Below the pieces are notes generated by a model, which made no database searches, was not told the DNA's origin, and worked only from the letters and a program-made list of their open reading frames with translations. A DNA stretch of 27,075 nucleotides, from IMG/VR virus record IMGVR_UViG_3300046490_000073, positions 1 through 27,075 of that record; one strand, written 5' to 3'. Shown piece after piece: positions 8,314-17,996 of the stretch. The stretch's first letter is position 1; each line of letters begins with the position of its first letter. The DNA comes from a virus (lineage: Duplodnaviria; Caudoviricetes). The position numbers and the translations under genes were made by a program.

Positions 8314-9831
8314 CTAGGCGAGGAAGCTCATCGTCGGCTGGGGCTGCTCCTTGACGACGATCCCCTCGACCGGCAGCTTCGCCGGGTCCTCAGCGTTCTC
8401 CGTGCGTGGGTTGGCGAAGAGCATCTCGTTGCGTGAGGGGGTCTCGTCACGCGGGGTGGCCTCAGGGCCCGTCACGCCGCCACGGTAGCGCCGCGCGGCC
8501 CGCCAGCCTAGGGCCAGGGCGCAGACCTCGTCGGGAAGGTGGAAGGCCTGGGCGGTCGAGTAGAGGTCGCCGACCTGGGCGTACTTGTGCGCGATGTAGG
8601 CCGTGGAGATCTTGGGGAACTCGAACCGGTTGCGCTCGACGGCGTTGACGTACTCGGTGAGCATGTTCGAGCGCTGGGCGCCGCTCATGATGAAGGCCCG
8701 GGCCCGCACGTCGAGGTAGTCGTTGACCGCGTTGCCGACCCCGGTGCCGTCGTGGATGGCCTCGATGGGGTTGTAGCGCTGGATCGCGTCGTTGTACTTC
8801 CCGATCATGAACGGGTACGGCCGGCGGTTGACCCGGCACCAGTAGGCGAGCTGGATCTTCTCGGTGTCGATGCGGGTGACCGCGATGACCGTGTAGTCCT
8901 GCTCCTTGGCCCAGTCCGCACTGACGACGTAGATCCCGTCGCGCTTGGGGCGCTCGAAGGTGAACTCCTCGAAGTCCTTCATCGTCTCGGACTCGAGGGG
9001 CTCGAACGGGATGCAGAAGGTGGCCTCGACGGCGTCGGAGTCGAAGGCGCGGTTGCCGATCGAGGGCTCGCCGAGCTCGTACTCCACGCGCCACATCTCG
9101 GCGGGGATCTGGGACTTCTTCGCGTCGATGGTCTCCTGGCTCAGCCAGCCGTCGACGGGGTTCGCGCTCTCCCGGTAGCACCAGGCCTTCGTGGGCTTGC
9201 CGGCCTCCTCGAAGCGCCGCTTGATCGCAGTGAAGGTGCCCTCGGGGTTCTGCCACGTCGAGCACATCACCGTGTAGGGCTTGATCTCCTCGCCGAAGTT
9301 GTTGTCCTGCGGGAGCGGCTGGCCGAGAGCAGCATCAAGGATCTTGATGTCCATCTCGTCGATCTCGTCTAGGAGCAGGAACGGCGGGTGCGGACCACGG
9401 ACCGTGCGCTGACTTGCCGTCAAGGGCCTGATCTTCGCGTTGTTCGAGAACTTGATCAGCTGGGCCGACTCCTTGACGATCATGTGCCGCGGCGCGTTGG
9501 AGGAGTCGAGGGCCTCACGCATGGCCTCGTGGACGTTGGTCGACTGCGCCATCGAGCCGCCGAGGATGTTGCAGTCCGAGCCCTTGAACACCGCCTTGGT
9601 CAGCCCCAGGGTCGCCAGGGTGAAGGACTTGCCCGAGAGACCGCGCGAGCCGTGCCAGAAGGCGTCCGCGCCGTCCCGCTCGAAGAAGGCGTCGGCGAAC
9701 GCTGAGAACGGGGTGACGTGGTCCGGGCACACCGGCGTCCGGGGGATGGTGACCCCCCACACTGCCTTGACCGTCCAGTAGAGCTCGTCGTCGGTCTCTG
9801 GCGGCCTCGGCATCACGAAGTTGATGCCCAC
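8314..9831 (-). CDS. terL: Terminase large subunit
   Basis: Walker A-like GSRGLSGKS, VRG motif, Walker B LLLDEID, and RNase H-like nuclease motifs SADWAKEQDYTV, HDGTGVG, HLPDEVCALAL. Immediately precedes portal. Confidence 0.92.
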   Translation of the reverse strand: MGINFVMPRPPETDDELYWTVKAVWGVTIPRTPVCPDHVTPFSAFADAFFERDGADAFWHGSRGLSGKSFTLATLGLTKAVFKGSDCNILGGSMAQSTNVHEAMREALDSSNAPRHMIVKESAQLIKFSNNAKIRPLTASQRTVRGPHPPFLLLDEIDEMDIKILDAALGQPLPQDNNFGEEIKPYTVMCSTWQNPEGTFTAIKRRFEEAGKPTKAWCYRESANPVDGWLSQETIDAKKSQIPAEMWRVEYELGEPSIGNRAFDSDAVEATFCIPFEPLESETMKDFEEFTFERPKRDGIYVVSADWAKEQDYTVIAVTRIDTEKIQLAYWCRVNRRPYPFMIGKYNDAIQRYNPIEAIHDGTGVGNAVNDYLDVRARAFIMSGAQRSNMLTEYVNAVERNRFEFPKISTAYIAHKYAQVGDLYSTAQAFHLPDEVCALALGWRAARRYRGGVTGPEATPRDETPSRNEMLFANPRTENAEDPAKLPVEGIVVKEQPQPTMSFLA

Positions 9832-10262
9832 TACAGCCCCTTGATCTGACCCTTGACCCCGGCGATGTCGACCCGAGCCTCGTCCACCTTGGCGTCGACC
9901 ACGGACACCTGGGCGGTGAGCTCGACGACGGCGGTCTCGGTGCGGTCGATCGCGTCCCTGATCGAGCCGCCCTTGTTCGGCTGCACCTGGTAGACGACCT
10001 TCGCCATGGTGTCCGCGAGCAGCCTGATCTGCTCGTGGGTCTGGTCGTGCGCCTCGAGCAGGGTGTCAACCTTCTTGCTGGCCTCGACGGCTCGCTCCTT
10101 GGTCTCCTTGGTCTCTTCCGTGATGACCTTCTTGATCGAGCGCTTGACCAGCCGCATCATCAGCCCGATGACCGACGCGAGGAGAAGCAGGTCGCCCAGG
10201 ATGTAGACGACCCACTTGTGCCACTCCTCGAGATCCACAGCCAGAAGATGCTGCACCCCCAT
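9831..10262 (-). CDS. Lysis-cassette membrane protein (single TM + coiled coil)
   Basis: TM segment VVYILGDLLLLASVIGLMM, then a coiled coil with PNKGGSIRDAIDRTE, like the PNxGxSxRDAxDR motif of actinophage lysis-associated membrane proteins. ATG 10262 is preferred; GTG 10271 is an alternative. Confidence 0.7.
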   Translation of the reverse strand: MGVQHLLAVDLEEWHKWVVYILGDLLLLASVIGLMMRLVKRSIKKVITEETKETKERAVEASKKVDTLLEAHDQTHEQIRLLADTMAKVVYQVQPNKGGSIRDAIDRTETAVVELTAQVSVVDAKVDEARVDIAGVKGQIKGL

Positions 10263-10271
10263 GGTGAACAC

Positions 10272-11060
10272 CTACTTGGTCGCAGCGGCGTACGTCTTCG
10301 GTCCCACGATCCCGTCTGCGACGCCCAGGTGGTTCTTGCGCTGGAAGTCCTTGACCGCGGACACGGTCTGGGGGCCGAAGTGGCCATCGACGACGAGGTG
10401 GTAGCCCCGGCGGACGAGTCCCGCCTGAAGCGAGCTGACGTACGCGCCGTGGGCGCCCTCCTTGAACACTCCCGGGAAGGGGGCGATGGTGACGTGCTTG
10501 GGCGTGCTGGGCTTGGCCGGCACCTTGACCGCCTTCTTCGCGCCGTTGACGGTGAGGCCCAGGCGCTTGATCACGTTCTGGACGTCGGCGTCGGAGACGA
10601 AGGAGCCGACTCCCGGCTCCCAGGCCTGGCCGATCTCCCAGTGCATCTCGTCACAGTACGTGCCGACCTGCCAGTCCCCGCCCCAGCCGAGGATGCGCTT
10701 GCCCGTCGAGGTCGTGTAGTGCGCAAGGATCGCGTGGGCCGCGAGGATCTGCCCCGGCGAGGCGTGGCGGCAGTGGTCGGCCTTGAAGACGTCGTAGCGC
10801 ACGTCCACGGCGCTCGCGCTCGCATGGTTGCTCAGGCCCGCGCCCGAGCGCGCCTGGCGGTCGGCCCAGCAGTCCGGGCCGTAGCCGCCGTCGATCTTGA
10901 GGATGTGGGTGTCGACGTCCATGAGGACGCAGACCCACAACGGGGCGAGCAGCGGCGTGGTGCGGATGTGGGACGTCGTCCCGGGGATCGCGACCGTGAT
11001 CAGCTTGCTCGCGGCCATCGCCGGGGTGATCTCGGCCCGCCCGTTGAGGGTGGTTCCCAT
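10272..11060 (-). CDS. Endolysin: M15-family Zn peptidase + C-terminal peptidoglycan-binding domain
   Basis: R...SNHASASAVD and WGGDW...DEMHWEI are M15 motifs. The C-terminus GAHGAYVSSLQAGL...VDGHFGPQTVSAVKDFQ...DGIVGPKT is PG_binding_1-type. Confidence 0.9.
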   Translation of the reverse strand: MGTTLNGRAEITPAMAASKLITVAIPGTTSHIRTTPLLAPLWVCVLMDVDTHILKIDGGYGPDCWADRQARSGAGLSNHASASAVDVRYDVFKADHCRHASPGQILAAHAILAHYTTSTGKRILGWGGDWQVGTYCDEMHWEIGQAWEPGVGSFVSDADVQNVIKRLGLTVNGAKKAVKVPAKPSTPKHVTIAPFPGVFKEGAHGAYVSSLQAGLVRRGYHLVVDGHFGPQTVSAVKDFQRKNHLGVADGIVGPKTYAAATK

Positions 11061-11581
11061 CACTCACCAGCTCCCGCGGGAGGGACAGCGTCGGCCGGCG
11101 CGGCCGGGTCTACCGGAAGGGCCGCAGGGTCGGCAGGAGCGTCCACAGGTACGTCCACAGGCTGTGGATCAGGCGTGTCCGAGTGGACCTCCGTCGTGCC
11201 TACGGGAGGAACGGTCTCGTAGCCGGTCGCGCTCAGTTCAGGTCCGGCAGGCTTGCCGATACCCCCAGGGAGCTTGTTGCTCAGGGAGCCGTCCACGCCG
11301 GTGACGCCGGCAGGCTTCCAGAGACCGTAGTGGCTGAGCACAGAGGTGAGGAACACGGAGCCGATGCTCAGCAGCGCGAGCTGCCAGTTGAAGTCGGCCC
11401 ACTGCTGGAGCCCCGAGACGAACGGGGTGATGAAGCCGACGACCGCCGACAGGAGCGCGGTGACCGCCACCTTGACCGGTGGAGGCGCGCTGATGTTGGT
11501 GACCGCCTGCTGGAGGAGAGGCAGGAGGAACGACAGCACCATGTTGAGCATGGCGAGCGTCTGGAGGTTGGTGGCGTTCAT
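11060..11581 (-). CDS. Holin with Pro/Ala/Asp-rich C-terminal tail
   Basis: Three hydrophobic segments ending in SHYGLWKPAGV, typical of actinophage holins; adjacent to the endolysin. Confidence 0.8.
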   Translation of the reverse strand: MNATNLQTLAMLNMVLSFLLPLLQQAVTNISAPPPVKVAVTALLSAVVGFITPFVSGLQQWADFNWQLALLSIGSVFLTSVLSHYGLWKPAGVTGVDGSLSNKLPGGIGKPAGPELSATGYETVPPVGTTEVHSDTPDPQPVDVPVDAPADPAALPVDPAAPADAVPPAGAGE

Positions 11582-11606
11582 GCCCCCATCATCACGCAGC
11601 CGTCCA
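11582..11606 (-). promoter_or_regulatory. Putative leaderless late promoter (TGGAC-N8-GATGAT-N6-ATG)
   Basis: TGGAC GGCTGCGT GATGAT GGGGGC ATG fills the 28-bp intergenic gap before the holin. Confidence 0.55.
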
Positions 11607-11609
11607 GGC

Positions 11610-11972
11610 TCAGAGCGTGACGACGATGGCGTTGGCCGGCACCCGGAGCTCGGCGGAGCTCAGCACGGCGATCGGCGAGGGGAGCGCGCTGACCAGGAGC
11701 AGGTGCCCGCTCGAGAGGGCGTCGGTCACCCCGAAGTGGGTCACGGTGCAGGCGGGCATGTTGATGAAGCGCAGCGCGCCCAGGCCGGTGCTCTTGGACC
11801 CCGGCGCGCTCCACACCGCGGCGAGCCGCGCGTAGGAGCCGCCGGAGACCTCGTTGGTCAGCGACCCCGTGACGGTCGGGTCCGCGGTGAACAGCGCGAG
11901 CCAGGTCGAACTGTCCAGCAGGTAGTGCTGGAGGACGGCTCCCCCGAAGTAGTTGGTCAGGACGCTGCTCAC
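11610..11972 (-). CDS. Minor tail / tail-fibre attachment protein (GGSYAR family), paralog 3
   Basis: LALFTADP...EVSGGSYAR...MPACTVTHFGV.DA.S.G; GGAG RBS upstream. Confidence 0.75.
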   Translation of the reverse strand: MSSVLTNYFGGAVLQHYLLDSSTWLALFTADPTVTGSLTNEVSGGSYARLAAVWSAPGSKSTGLGALRFINMPACTVTHFGVTDALSSGHLLLVSALPSPIAVLSSAELRVPANAIVVTL

Positions 11973-11981
11973 GAGTGCTCC

Positions 11982-13058
11982 TCAGAGGTAGACGTTGCCG
12001 GTCTCGGCCAGGCGCGGCGGCTGCTGCTCCTGGAGGCTCGAGGGCTGGTTGCCCACGTCGCTGTGGCCGCCGATGCGCGCGGACCGGATGATCCCCTGGG
12101 CGTCGTCGCGCTGGAACAGGCGCAGCGGGGACTGGATGTCGAACTGGTACTCGAACCGCACCCGGGCGGGGCGCAGGGTGATGGTCATGGAGTCGACCGA
12201 CCAGGTCCCGCCCACCTTGAAGGAGGTGGGGTGGCTCGACGGGATGGGGACCGCTCCGCTGACGATGTCGGGGATCATCGGGGCGAACTGGTACTGGCTC
12301 AGCGGCGTGAGCTCCCAGTCGGCCGGCGCCGAGGAGAAGGTCATCATGCCCGCGGGCAGGTCCGGCACGGGGTAGGTCTGCGTCACGGTCGCGCCGGCGC
12401 CCACGGAGCCCGTCTCGATCACCGACCCGTGCGGGTGCCACATCCCGAACTCGCCCGGGATCGTGTCCTTGAGCTGGTAGCCGTAGACCTCGTAGGAGCA
12501 GCCGGTGTCCGACCATCCGGCCTCGAACCTTGTGGCCATGCTCGAGGAGACCACCTCGGACGCCGCGATGTACGCCGACGACCCCGGGTAGATCACCTGC
12601 TCGAACTCGACGTCGAGCAGCGAGGTCGCGCCGGGAGGCCAGATCCCGGGGTCGTTGATGGGCAGCGCGGGGTCGGTGATCGCCGCGCTCGCCGCGTAGA
12701 CCCACGGATCACGGCGCGTCCAGAGGTTCAGCGTGCGCTTGACGTTGGCGTCCTGCTCGATGCCCAGTGCCCCGATCCAGGCGGCGTAGTAGGACGTCGA
12801 GGGCCCGCCGACGCCGCTGAGCCCCAGGTAGTCCGGGGACGTCACCCCGGAGTCGTCGGTCCAGCAGTCCCTCGCCACGTACCCGTACTGGATGCCGTCC
12901 TTTACCGCGTCGACCATGGCGACCATGGTCGCGCCGGTGAGCCCGAACTGGACCTTGCCGCCTGCGCCCTCCACGGTGGAGAACTCGTTCACGGCCACCG
13001 TCGAGTACCAGACAACGTCGGCCGGCTGGAACCACTCGGACCATCGCGTGTAGGTCAC
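11982..13058 (-). CDS. Putative minor tail protein, 358 aa
   Basis: Trp/Ser/Thr/Gly-rich beta-type composition; GTGA-coupled to the upstream tail gene; no specific family recognised. Confidence 0.6.
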   Translation of the reverse strand: MTYTRWSEWFQPADVVWYSTVAVNEFSTVEGAGGKVQFGLTGATMVAMVDAVKDGIQYGYVARDCWTDDSGVTSPDYLGLSGVGGPSTSYYAAWIGALGIEQDANVKRTLNLWTRRDPWVYAASAAITDPALPINDPGIWPPGATSLLDVEFEQVIYPGSSAYIAASEVVSSSMATRFEAGWSDTGCSYEVYGYQLKDTIPGEFGMWHPHGSVIETGSVGAGATVTQTYPVPDLPAGMMTFSSAPADWELTPLSQYQFAPMIPDIVSGAVPIPSSHPTSFKVGGTWSVDSMTITLRPARVRFEYQFDIQSPLRLFQRDDAQGIIRSARIGGHSDVGNQPSSLQEQQPPRLAETGNVYL

Positions 13059-15172
13059 TGGGACCCCGGCTCCTGGCGGTACATGCGCCCCATGAAGTAG
13101 ACGTTGGCCGGGTAGTCGGTGTAGAGCGCGCCGTGGATGGCGATCGCGCTGAGCGGGGTCTTCTGCCCGACCCGGGCGTTCTTGTTGAAGTTGGGGTTGT
13201 TCATGCAGTCGAACGACCAGCTGGCCTCGTCGATGAGCGCGCCGGTGATCGGGTTGCCGTTCTGGTAGGAGCCCGGCGAGTAGCCGGCAGGCTGGAGGCT
13301 GTTGCCCCAGCCGATGATGATCGAGTCATCGGGGGCGAAGAAGTTGCCGGGAGGCCAGGGCAGCCCGTTGGGCTGGAGCGACTCGAACGCCCCGGTGAAG
13401 AACGGGTTGTGGACCCCGTTGCTCATGGGCATCGCCGTGACGGTGACGTTGGTGTAGTAGAGGCTCAGGTGGAAGGCCGCGGCCAGCGGGTTGCCGCTGG
13501 AGTCGAAGGCGTGCATCTCGATGCGCCGGATGGTGCCGCGCTGGGCCATCAGGATCGGGAAGAAGGTCCAGCGGTTGTTCTTGCTCCCGTCCTTGCCCTT
13601 GACCTTGACGTAGTACTCGGGGTGGTGCTTGGGCGGGAAGGCCGTGGTGATCGAGGACCAGGGGAACGGCTTGCTCCGGTCGGCGTGCGCGAGCACGGTG
13701 CGGGCGCGCGTGGGCATGTAGCCCGAGCCCGCCGTGTAGTCCCACGGAGCGACGATGTCCTCGATCATCACCGTGCGGCGGTTGACCTGGAGCATCTTCG
13801 TTGGCGTCAAGGGATCCCGTGTGCGCGCCACGACCTCCTCGAGCGTGAGCAGGTCGCGGTACTTCGTGTCTAGCTTGAGAGTCGCCGAGCCCTCCTCGGG
13901 GTTGATCGAGCACTCCGCGATGTGGAAGTTCATCCCCGTCGCGCCCGTACCGTTGAAGCCCTTGAGGTTGACCGTCATGCCCGCGCGGATCTGGAAGCGG
14001 CTCATCGTGTCGGGGTCGATGGTCAGCACCATGTCCCCGATCCAGCCGGGATCGGAGTCGCGCGCCAGGATCTTCCTGCTCGAGTCGGTGGCCGGCACCT
14101 GGTCGAAGCCCGAAGGGAAGCGGGTGTAGCCCTCCATCACCATCTTGGTGGAGTCGTAGGCCTCGTTGCCCAGCGGCGGGTAGACCTCGGGCACCCAGGC
14201 CAGCGGCGCGTAGTCGGTGCTCGAGCCGTCCGCGCTGATGACCGCGTTGCGCCAGGTCGTGCCGTCCAGGCTCGTCCCCTCGCCGTAGATCACGTTGACC
14301 AGCTGCGTGCCGTCGCTCGTCATGCGCGAGCACTTCACCCCGACCTGCCCGTACCAGACGCTGAAGTCGGGCGCCCGGTAGCGGTCGCGCACGTAGAGCA
14401 CGGGCTGGCGGCCCGGGTCGTTGCGGATGGTCCACTGGTTGCCCGGGGTCACGCCCGAGTCGTCCTGGGTGAACATCACCGCGAGCAGGCTGGCGATGAA
14501 GCCGGTCAGCGACGAGTCCCACGCGCCCGTGTCGCGCCCCGAGTAGCCGGTGATCTTCTCCCCGGGCTTGCCCACCGGCGTGTAGAGGTTCACCACGCCA
14601 CCGGGCATCACCTTGGACCAGCCGCTTGGCCACTCGACAGCGGCGAGGTTCTGGGTGCGCAGGTTGGGGCGCTTGGTGCGGTCGAACTCGTTGCGGATCA
14701 TCGTCTCGTACGGCAGCGGTCGCGCGGGGTAGGCCGGCTTGGCCTTGTAGCGGTCGAGCTGGAGCAGCGCGCCCTGGCACTGGACGGCCAGGTGCGAGCC
14801 GTTCTCGTCCTCCTCGAGGTCGAAGGACGCGATGTAGCCCTCCCACACACCTACCGGGGTGCCGAGCGCCTTGTCCTTCTTGTTCGTGATCGGGTCGACG
14901 ACGGTGCTGCCCGACACGGTCGGCACCCAGAAGATGTCGACGTTGCTCCCCCGGGACAGCCAGGTGTGCAGGTCGGGGCTGTCGAAGTCGTCGAAGCCGG
15001 TGATCTGGGGGAAGGTCAGCGGCGCGAGCGAGTCGCCGAAGGGGTCGGTGAAGGAGTAGTTCTCGATCCTCGTGGGCGTGCCGCGGAAGTTGGTCACGTC
15101 GATGCCGTTGATCACGAGCTTCCAACGCCCGGCCACGGTGGCGGCGGACGTGAAGGACCAGGGTGCGGGCAC
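13055..15172 (-). CDS. Minor tail protein, baseplate-hub/Tal-like, ~705 aa
   Basis: GTG at 15172 with AGGAG RBS (VPAPWSFTS). Hub-like segments VWEGYIASF...LAVQCQG, VNVIYGEG, IRAGMTVNL...FHIAECSI. The track's N-terminal 630 aa are shadow of the upstream gene. Confidence 0.7.
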   Translation of the reverse strand: MPAPWSFTSAATVAGRWKLVINGIDVTNFRGTPTRIENYSFTDPFGDSLAPLTFPQITGFDDFDSPDLHTWLSRGSNVDIFWVPTVSGSTVVDPITNKKDKALGTPVGVWEGYIASFDLEEDENGSHLAVQCQGALLQLDRYKAKPAYPARPLPYETMIRNEFDRTKRPNLRTQNLAAVEWPSGWSKVMPGGVVNLYTPVGKPGEKITGYSGRDTGAWDSSLTGFIASLLAVMFTQDDSGVTPGNQWTIRNDPGRQPVLYVRDRYRAPDFSVWYGQVGVKCSRMTSDGTQLVNVIYGEGTSLDGTTWRNAVISADGSSTDYAPLAWVPEVYPPLGNEAYDSTKMVMEGYTRFPSGFDQVPATDSSRKILARDSDPGWIGDMVLTIDPDTMSRFQIRAGMTVNLKGFNGTGATGMNFHIAECSINPEEGSATLKLDTKYRDLLTLEEVVARTRDPLTPTKMLQVNRRTVMIEDIVAPWDYTAGSGYMPTRARTVLAHADRSKPFPWSSITTAFPPKHHPEYYVKVKGKDGSKNNRWTFFPILMAQRGTIRRIEMHAFDSSGNPLAAAFHLSLYYTNVTVTAMPMSNGVHNPFFTGAFESLQPNGLPWPPGNFFAPDDSIIIGWGNSLQPAGYSPGSYQNGNPITGALIDEASWSFDCMNNPNFNKNARVGQKTPLSAIAIHGALYTDYPANVYFMGRMYRQEPGSQ

Positions 15173-15180
15173 GGCGTCTC

Positions 15181-17151
15181 CTAGACGTGGTACAGGTTGA
15201 ACTTCCAGGTCGCGGCGAGCTGCTTGTAGATCTCCTTGAGCACGGGCAGGCTCACAGCCGAGTCGAACATACGCATCTCGAACATGGTCTGGTGGCTCGC
15301 CAGCTCGTCGCTGACGTGGTTCTGGCTGCGCCCGGTGACGAAGTAGCGCGGGCTCTTGTTGTCGACCGTGCCCTTCTTGATGTACTTGTTCCGGTTGTCC
15401 CAGGCCCCGATGTAGCTGCTCGAGCCGTTGAAGATGCCGAAGAACATCTTGGGCCGCGGCGCGTAGTCCGCCCGGGTGATGACGTGCTTGCCGCTGCGCA
15501 CGGGATCGGCGCCGGTGTGGGTGGCCAGGACGGCAGTGTCTCGCCGGTAGAGCATCAGGGAGCGGTAGCTCAGCCCCTCGCTGATCGTGTGGTCGTTCCC
15601 GTCCGCGAGCCCCGTGCTGACCGGCTTGCCCGAGTCGAACAGGTAGTGCCCGTAGCTCGCGTACGGGTACCAGTGGATGATCCCGCAGATGATCACGGTG
15701 AAGGGCTGGGAGAGGTTGCTGCCCCAGTCCAGGGTCATGTGCTCGACGTCGGCGCCGTCGAAGTGCAGACCCCTGGTGTAGGTGTGGTACTTGTCCCCGG
15801 CCCCGTAGACCACGGTCGAGCGCAGGATGGGGCGGAAGCCGCCGCCGCTGACCCAGTGCGGTCCAGTGCCGCCCACCGGCGGCCAGTCGCCGACCGGGCT
15901 CGTGCTCAGGTCGTTGACGTGCCAGGTGTACTTCGGTGCGAGCCCGCCCGGGTTCGGGTTGCCGACGTAGGGATCGGGGTCGGGGATCATCACCAGGCCG
16001 CCGGCGCCCGTCGCCGTCATGGTCGAGTCGGTCTTGGCCCAGTAGTCCGGCACGAGGGGCTTGCCCAGCACGATGGCCGGCACGACCGGAGCGATCGTGA
16101 CTCCGGACGCCACCCGCAGGTCCATGCCCGCGGGGATGGTGATCGGCCCGGGGATGACCTTGGCGAACCCCATGAAGGTCGCCTGGATGAGCATCGGGGC
16201 ATCCGCCGTTGCCTGCGGGACGCGCCCGGAGGTCGTCGTGCTCCCGGCGAGGAACTCGATCGCGCGCGCGTTGCCGATCGAGGGAGGCGAGAACAGAACC
16301 GCCCCGTGCACGGCCCCGGAGGGGCTGAGCGTCGCGGTGGCTACCAGGGCCGCGGTGGCCTGGACCCGGTTGGTCGTGCCCACCGGGGTCAGCGTGGCCG
16401 TGGTGACCAGGGCTGCGGTGGCGGCCTTGAGCGGGGTGGTCGCGGCGGCGGACAAGGTGTGCGTCGTGCTGAGCGCGACCATTCCGTACCCCGCGAGGGC
16501 GTACTTGCCCAGCAGGTAGCCCGCGATGGCCGTGCGGTCGGTGGAGTTGAGCACCGAGTCGTAGAGGACGATCTCCGCGATGTCGCCGTTCATCCGCTCG
16601 GTCGACGAGTCGGTCATGCCGATGCGGATGAGCTGCCCCGTGGACAGGGACACGCCCGTCGTGCTGTTGCCGGCCGCCACGTTGTTGATGAAGAAGTGGT
16701 AGGCGCTCGCGTTGGTCAGGTCGGCGTGGAGGAGGTTGAACACCGAAGGGGACACGGTGCCCGAGGACGTCCCGATGCTCGCGATGCCCTCGTTGAGGAG
16801 CCCGAGCGAGTCGCTCGACTCCATGCGGAACTGGAGGCCACCACCGCTGGTGTGCGCGCCGACCATCGTGTAGGTGCCCGCGGAGGCCGAGCGCTTGGCG
16901 ACCACGAAGACCGTCAAGGCCGACAGGGACGCGCTGGCCGGGCTGTCGAGGTAGTTGCTCGAGCCGTTGAACCGGACGATGGGCAGCCCGTTGACGATGT
17001 TCGTCTTGAACGTGGGCGCGTCGCCCGTGACGGCGTGGTTCCCGAGCCCGGACGAGTCCGTCCACGAGGTCACGGCCGCGCCGTCGCTCAGGGCCAGCGA
17101 GTCGGCCTTGAGCCAGAGCTTGAGGCCCGTGATGTCGGTAGGGATCGTCAC
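15181..17151 (-). CDS. Tail fibre / receptor-binding candidate with two LamG/ConA-like domains
   Basis: N-terminal LWLKADSL..DG..V.SWTDSSG.GNHA...NGLP.VRFNG...GDIAEIVLYDSVL is LamG-like. An Ala/Thr-rich linker is followed by a second domain ending MFEMRMFDSAVS...IYKQLAATW. Confidence 0.72.
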   Translation of the reverse strand: MTIPTDITGLKLWLKADSLALSDGAAVTSWTDSSGLGNHAVTGDAPTFKTNIVNGLPIVRFNGSSNYLDSPASASLSALTVFVVAKRSASAGTYTMVGAHTSGGGLQFRMESSDSLGLLNEGIASIGTSSGTVSPSVFNLLHADLTNASAYHFFINNVAAGNSTTGVSLSTGQLIRIGMTDSSTERMNGDIAEIVLYDSVLNSTDRTAIAGYLLGKYALAGYGMVALSTTHTLSAAATTPLKAATAALVTTATLTPVGTTNRVQATAALVATATLSPSGAVHGAVLFSPPSIGNARAIEFLAGSTTTSGRVPQATADAPMLIQATFMGFAKVIPGPITIPAGMDLRVASGVTIAPVVPAIVLGKPLVPDYWAKTDSTMTATGAGGLVMIPDPDPYVGNPNPGGLAPKYTWHVNDLSTSPVGDWPPVGGTGPHWVSGGGFRPILRSTVVYGAGDKYHTYTRGLHFDGADVEHMTLDWGSNLSQPFTVIICGIIHWYPYASYGHYLFDSGKPVSTGLADGNDHTISEGLSYRSLMLYRRDTAVLATHTGADPVRSGKHVITRADYAPRPKMFFGIFNGSSSYIGAWDNRNKYIKKGTVDNKSPRYFVTGRSQNHVSDELASHQTMFEMRMFDSAVSLPVLKEIYKQLAATWKFNLYHV

Positions 17152-17160
17152 CGCGGGCTC

Positions 17161-17559
17161 CTAGTTCGTGTAGATCGGCAGGGTGACGTCACCAGGCGAG
17201 AAGCGGTACAGGTCTCCTGAGGTGAAGCTGACCGGGGAGGAGAACAGCTCGAAGGCCAGCAGCGTGCCACCCGAGGAGTCGTTGCTGATCCCCCAGCCCG
17301 TGATCGTGCACGTGGGCATCGTGAGGGTGTAGGTGCCGTTGAGCGTCGCGGTCAGCGCCGGCCAAGTCCCCGCGAACGTCCACGAGGTCGCTGAGACGCG
17401 CGCGTAGGAGCCCAGCTCCACGTCACCCGAGCCCGAGGCGCTCGGCCCGGTGGTGAACAGGGTGATCCAGCCGCCCGCGCTCGAGGGCGACCCGGTGTTC
17501 CCCTGGGTGATGAACTTGAGCAGCTGGAGCTCGCCCGCTGCGGTCAGCTGGAGGCCCAT
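17161..17559 (-). CDS. Minor tail protein (GSYAR family), paralog 2
   Basis: ATG 17559 (MGLQLTAAGE) overlaps the upstream stop. Motifs: ITLFTTGP...ELGSYAR...MPTCTITGWGI...SGGTLL. Confidence 0.75.
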   Translation of the reverse strand: MGLQLTAAGELQLLKFITQGNTGSPSSAGGWITLFTTGPSASGSGDVELGSYARVSATSWTFAGTWPALTATLNGTYTLTMPTCTITGWGISNDSSGGTLLAFELFSSPVSFTSGDLYRFSPGDVTLPIYTN

Positions 17560-17996
17560 CAGAGGTTCATCGCGTTCTGCGGGCCGACGTAGCCGAGACT
17601 GATGCCGCCCGCGGGCAGGACCAGCTGGTCGCCGGACATGACGCGCTGCTCCGAGGACAGGATCCCGAAGCCGAGCACGGCACCGGCACTGGCCGCCGTG
17701 CACAGGGCGTAGTGGGTGATGATCCCCCAGTCGGCCGTGGCCGTGGGGAAGGTGAGGTCGAGCAGGGTGGCCGTGATCCCCTGATCGGCGACCGACCAGT
17801 TCGTGCTGTTCCTGGGCAGGCTCTGGCGCGCGTAGGAGCCGCCCGAGGGCTCGATGGTGGCCAGGGCCGTGCCGTCCGTGGCGACGTCGGGCTCCACGAA
17901 GCACAGCGCGACGTAGAACGGACTGCCCAGGCTCGTCACGCCCGTGAAGTGGTCGGCGAAGGCGTTCGCGCCGGCATCGGTGATCCCCGAGCTCAT
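17559..17996 (-). CDS. Minor tail protein (GGSYAR family), paralog 1
   Basis: ATG 17996 (MSSGITDAG). Motifs: YVALC...EPSGGSYARQ...FPTATADWG.ITHYAL.TAASAG. Confidence 0.8.
   Translation of the reverse strand: MSSGITDAGANAFADHFTGVTSLGSPFYVALCFVEPDVATDGTALATIEPSGGSYARQSLPRNSTNWSVADQGITATLLDLTFPTATADWGIITHYALCTAASAGAVLGFGILSSEQRVMSGDQLVLPAGGISLGYVGPQNAMNL

Noticed and set aside
15173-17065. N-terminal 630 aa of the 1336-aa track ORF
   Set aside because: Off-frame shadow of the LamG fibre gene; the real start at 15172 has its own RBS.
11982-17151. Diversity-generating retroelement or invertible tail cassette
   Set aside because: No reverse transcriptase, invertase or template/variable repeat pair noticed in the window.
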